Source: a virus
Lineage: Duplodnaviria > Heunggongvirae > Uroviricota > Caudoviricetes
Reading direction: 5' to 3' (one strand)
IMG/VR virus record: IMGVR_UViG_3300027304_000003
Length of the DNA stretch: 25,083 nt
Shown piece by piece: positions 25,083-25,083 of this stretch (within the stretch, counting starts at the first letter, position 1; each line of letters starts with the position of its first letter). The notes under the pieces were generated by a model. The model saw nothing but the letters and a program-made list of their open reading frames with translations. It was not told where the DNA came from and did no database searches. The translations under genes and the position numbers were made by a program.

Positions 25083-25083
25083 A

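Noticed and set aside
1-25083. Stop-codon reassignment, tRNA or rRNA genes, integrase or IS elements
   Set aside because: Genes tile densely under the standard code with intact domains. No cloverleaf, rRNA-like segment or recombinase motif was recognised by eye.

Overview
This 25-kb window is the tail-fibre, modification and lysis region of a large AT-rich tailed phage. No integrase or host genes are visible, so prophage versus free phage cannot be decided. The host is probably Bacteroidota: there are TAnnTTTG promoter elements, A-rich start regions without an obvious Shine-Dalgarno, a signal peptide ending before Gln, and clustered D-(S/T)-hydrophobic sequons. On the minus strand, right to left, lie: the end of a large protein; five Gly-X-Y Ser/Thr-rich fibre proteins, three with peptidase S74 chaperone domains; a small fibre-associated protein; a 2OG-Fe(II) oxygenase; DUF6165- and DUF2061-like genes; an expanded lysis cassette with a GH19 endolysin; another Gly-Thr-Ser fibre; a 45-aa Thr-tailed paralogue of it; and a truncated HPAT/GT95-like glycosyltransferase. 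The last two are missing from the ORF track. A 9.7-kb plus-strand enzyme operon sits in the middle, between a divergent promoter and a bidirectional terminator. It encodes an APS kinase, an HxGH nucleotidyltransferase, a sulfotransferase, a methyltransferase, four glycosyltransferase genes (GT9/Aah-TibC-like, GT4, GT25-like domain) and three 2OG oxygenases. Best hypothesis: a phage-encoded system that O-glycosylates, sulfates, methylates and hydroxylates its own Ser/Thr-rich virion fibres. All family assignments come from motif recognition by eye, not database searches.
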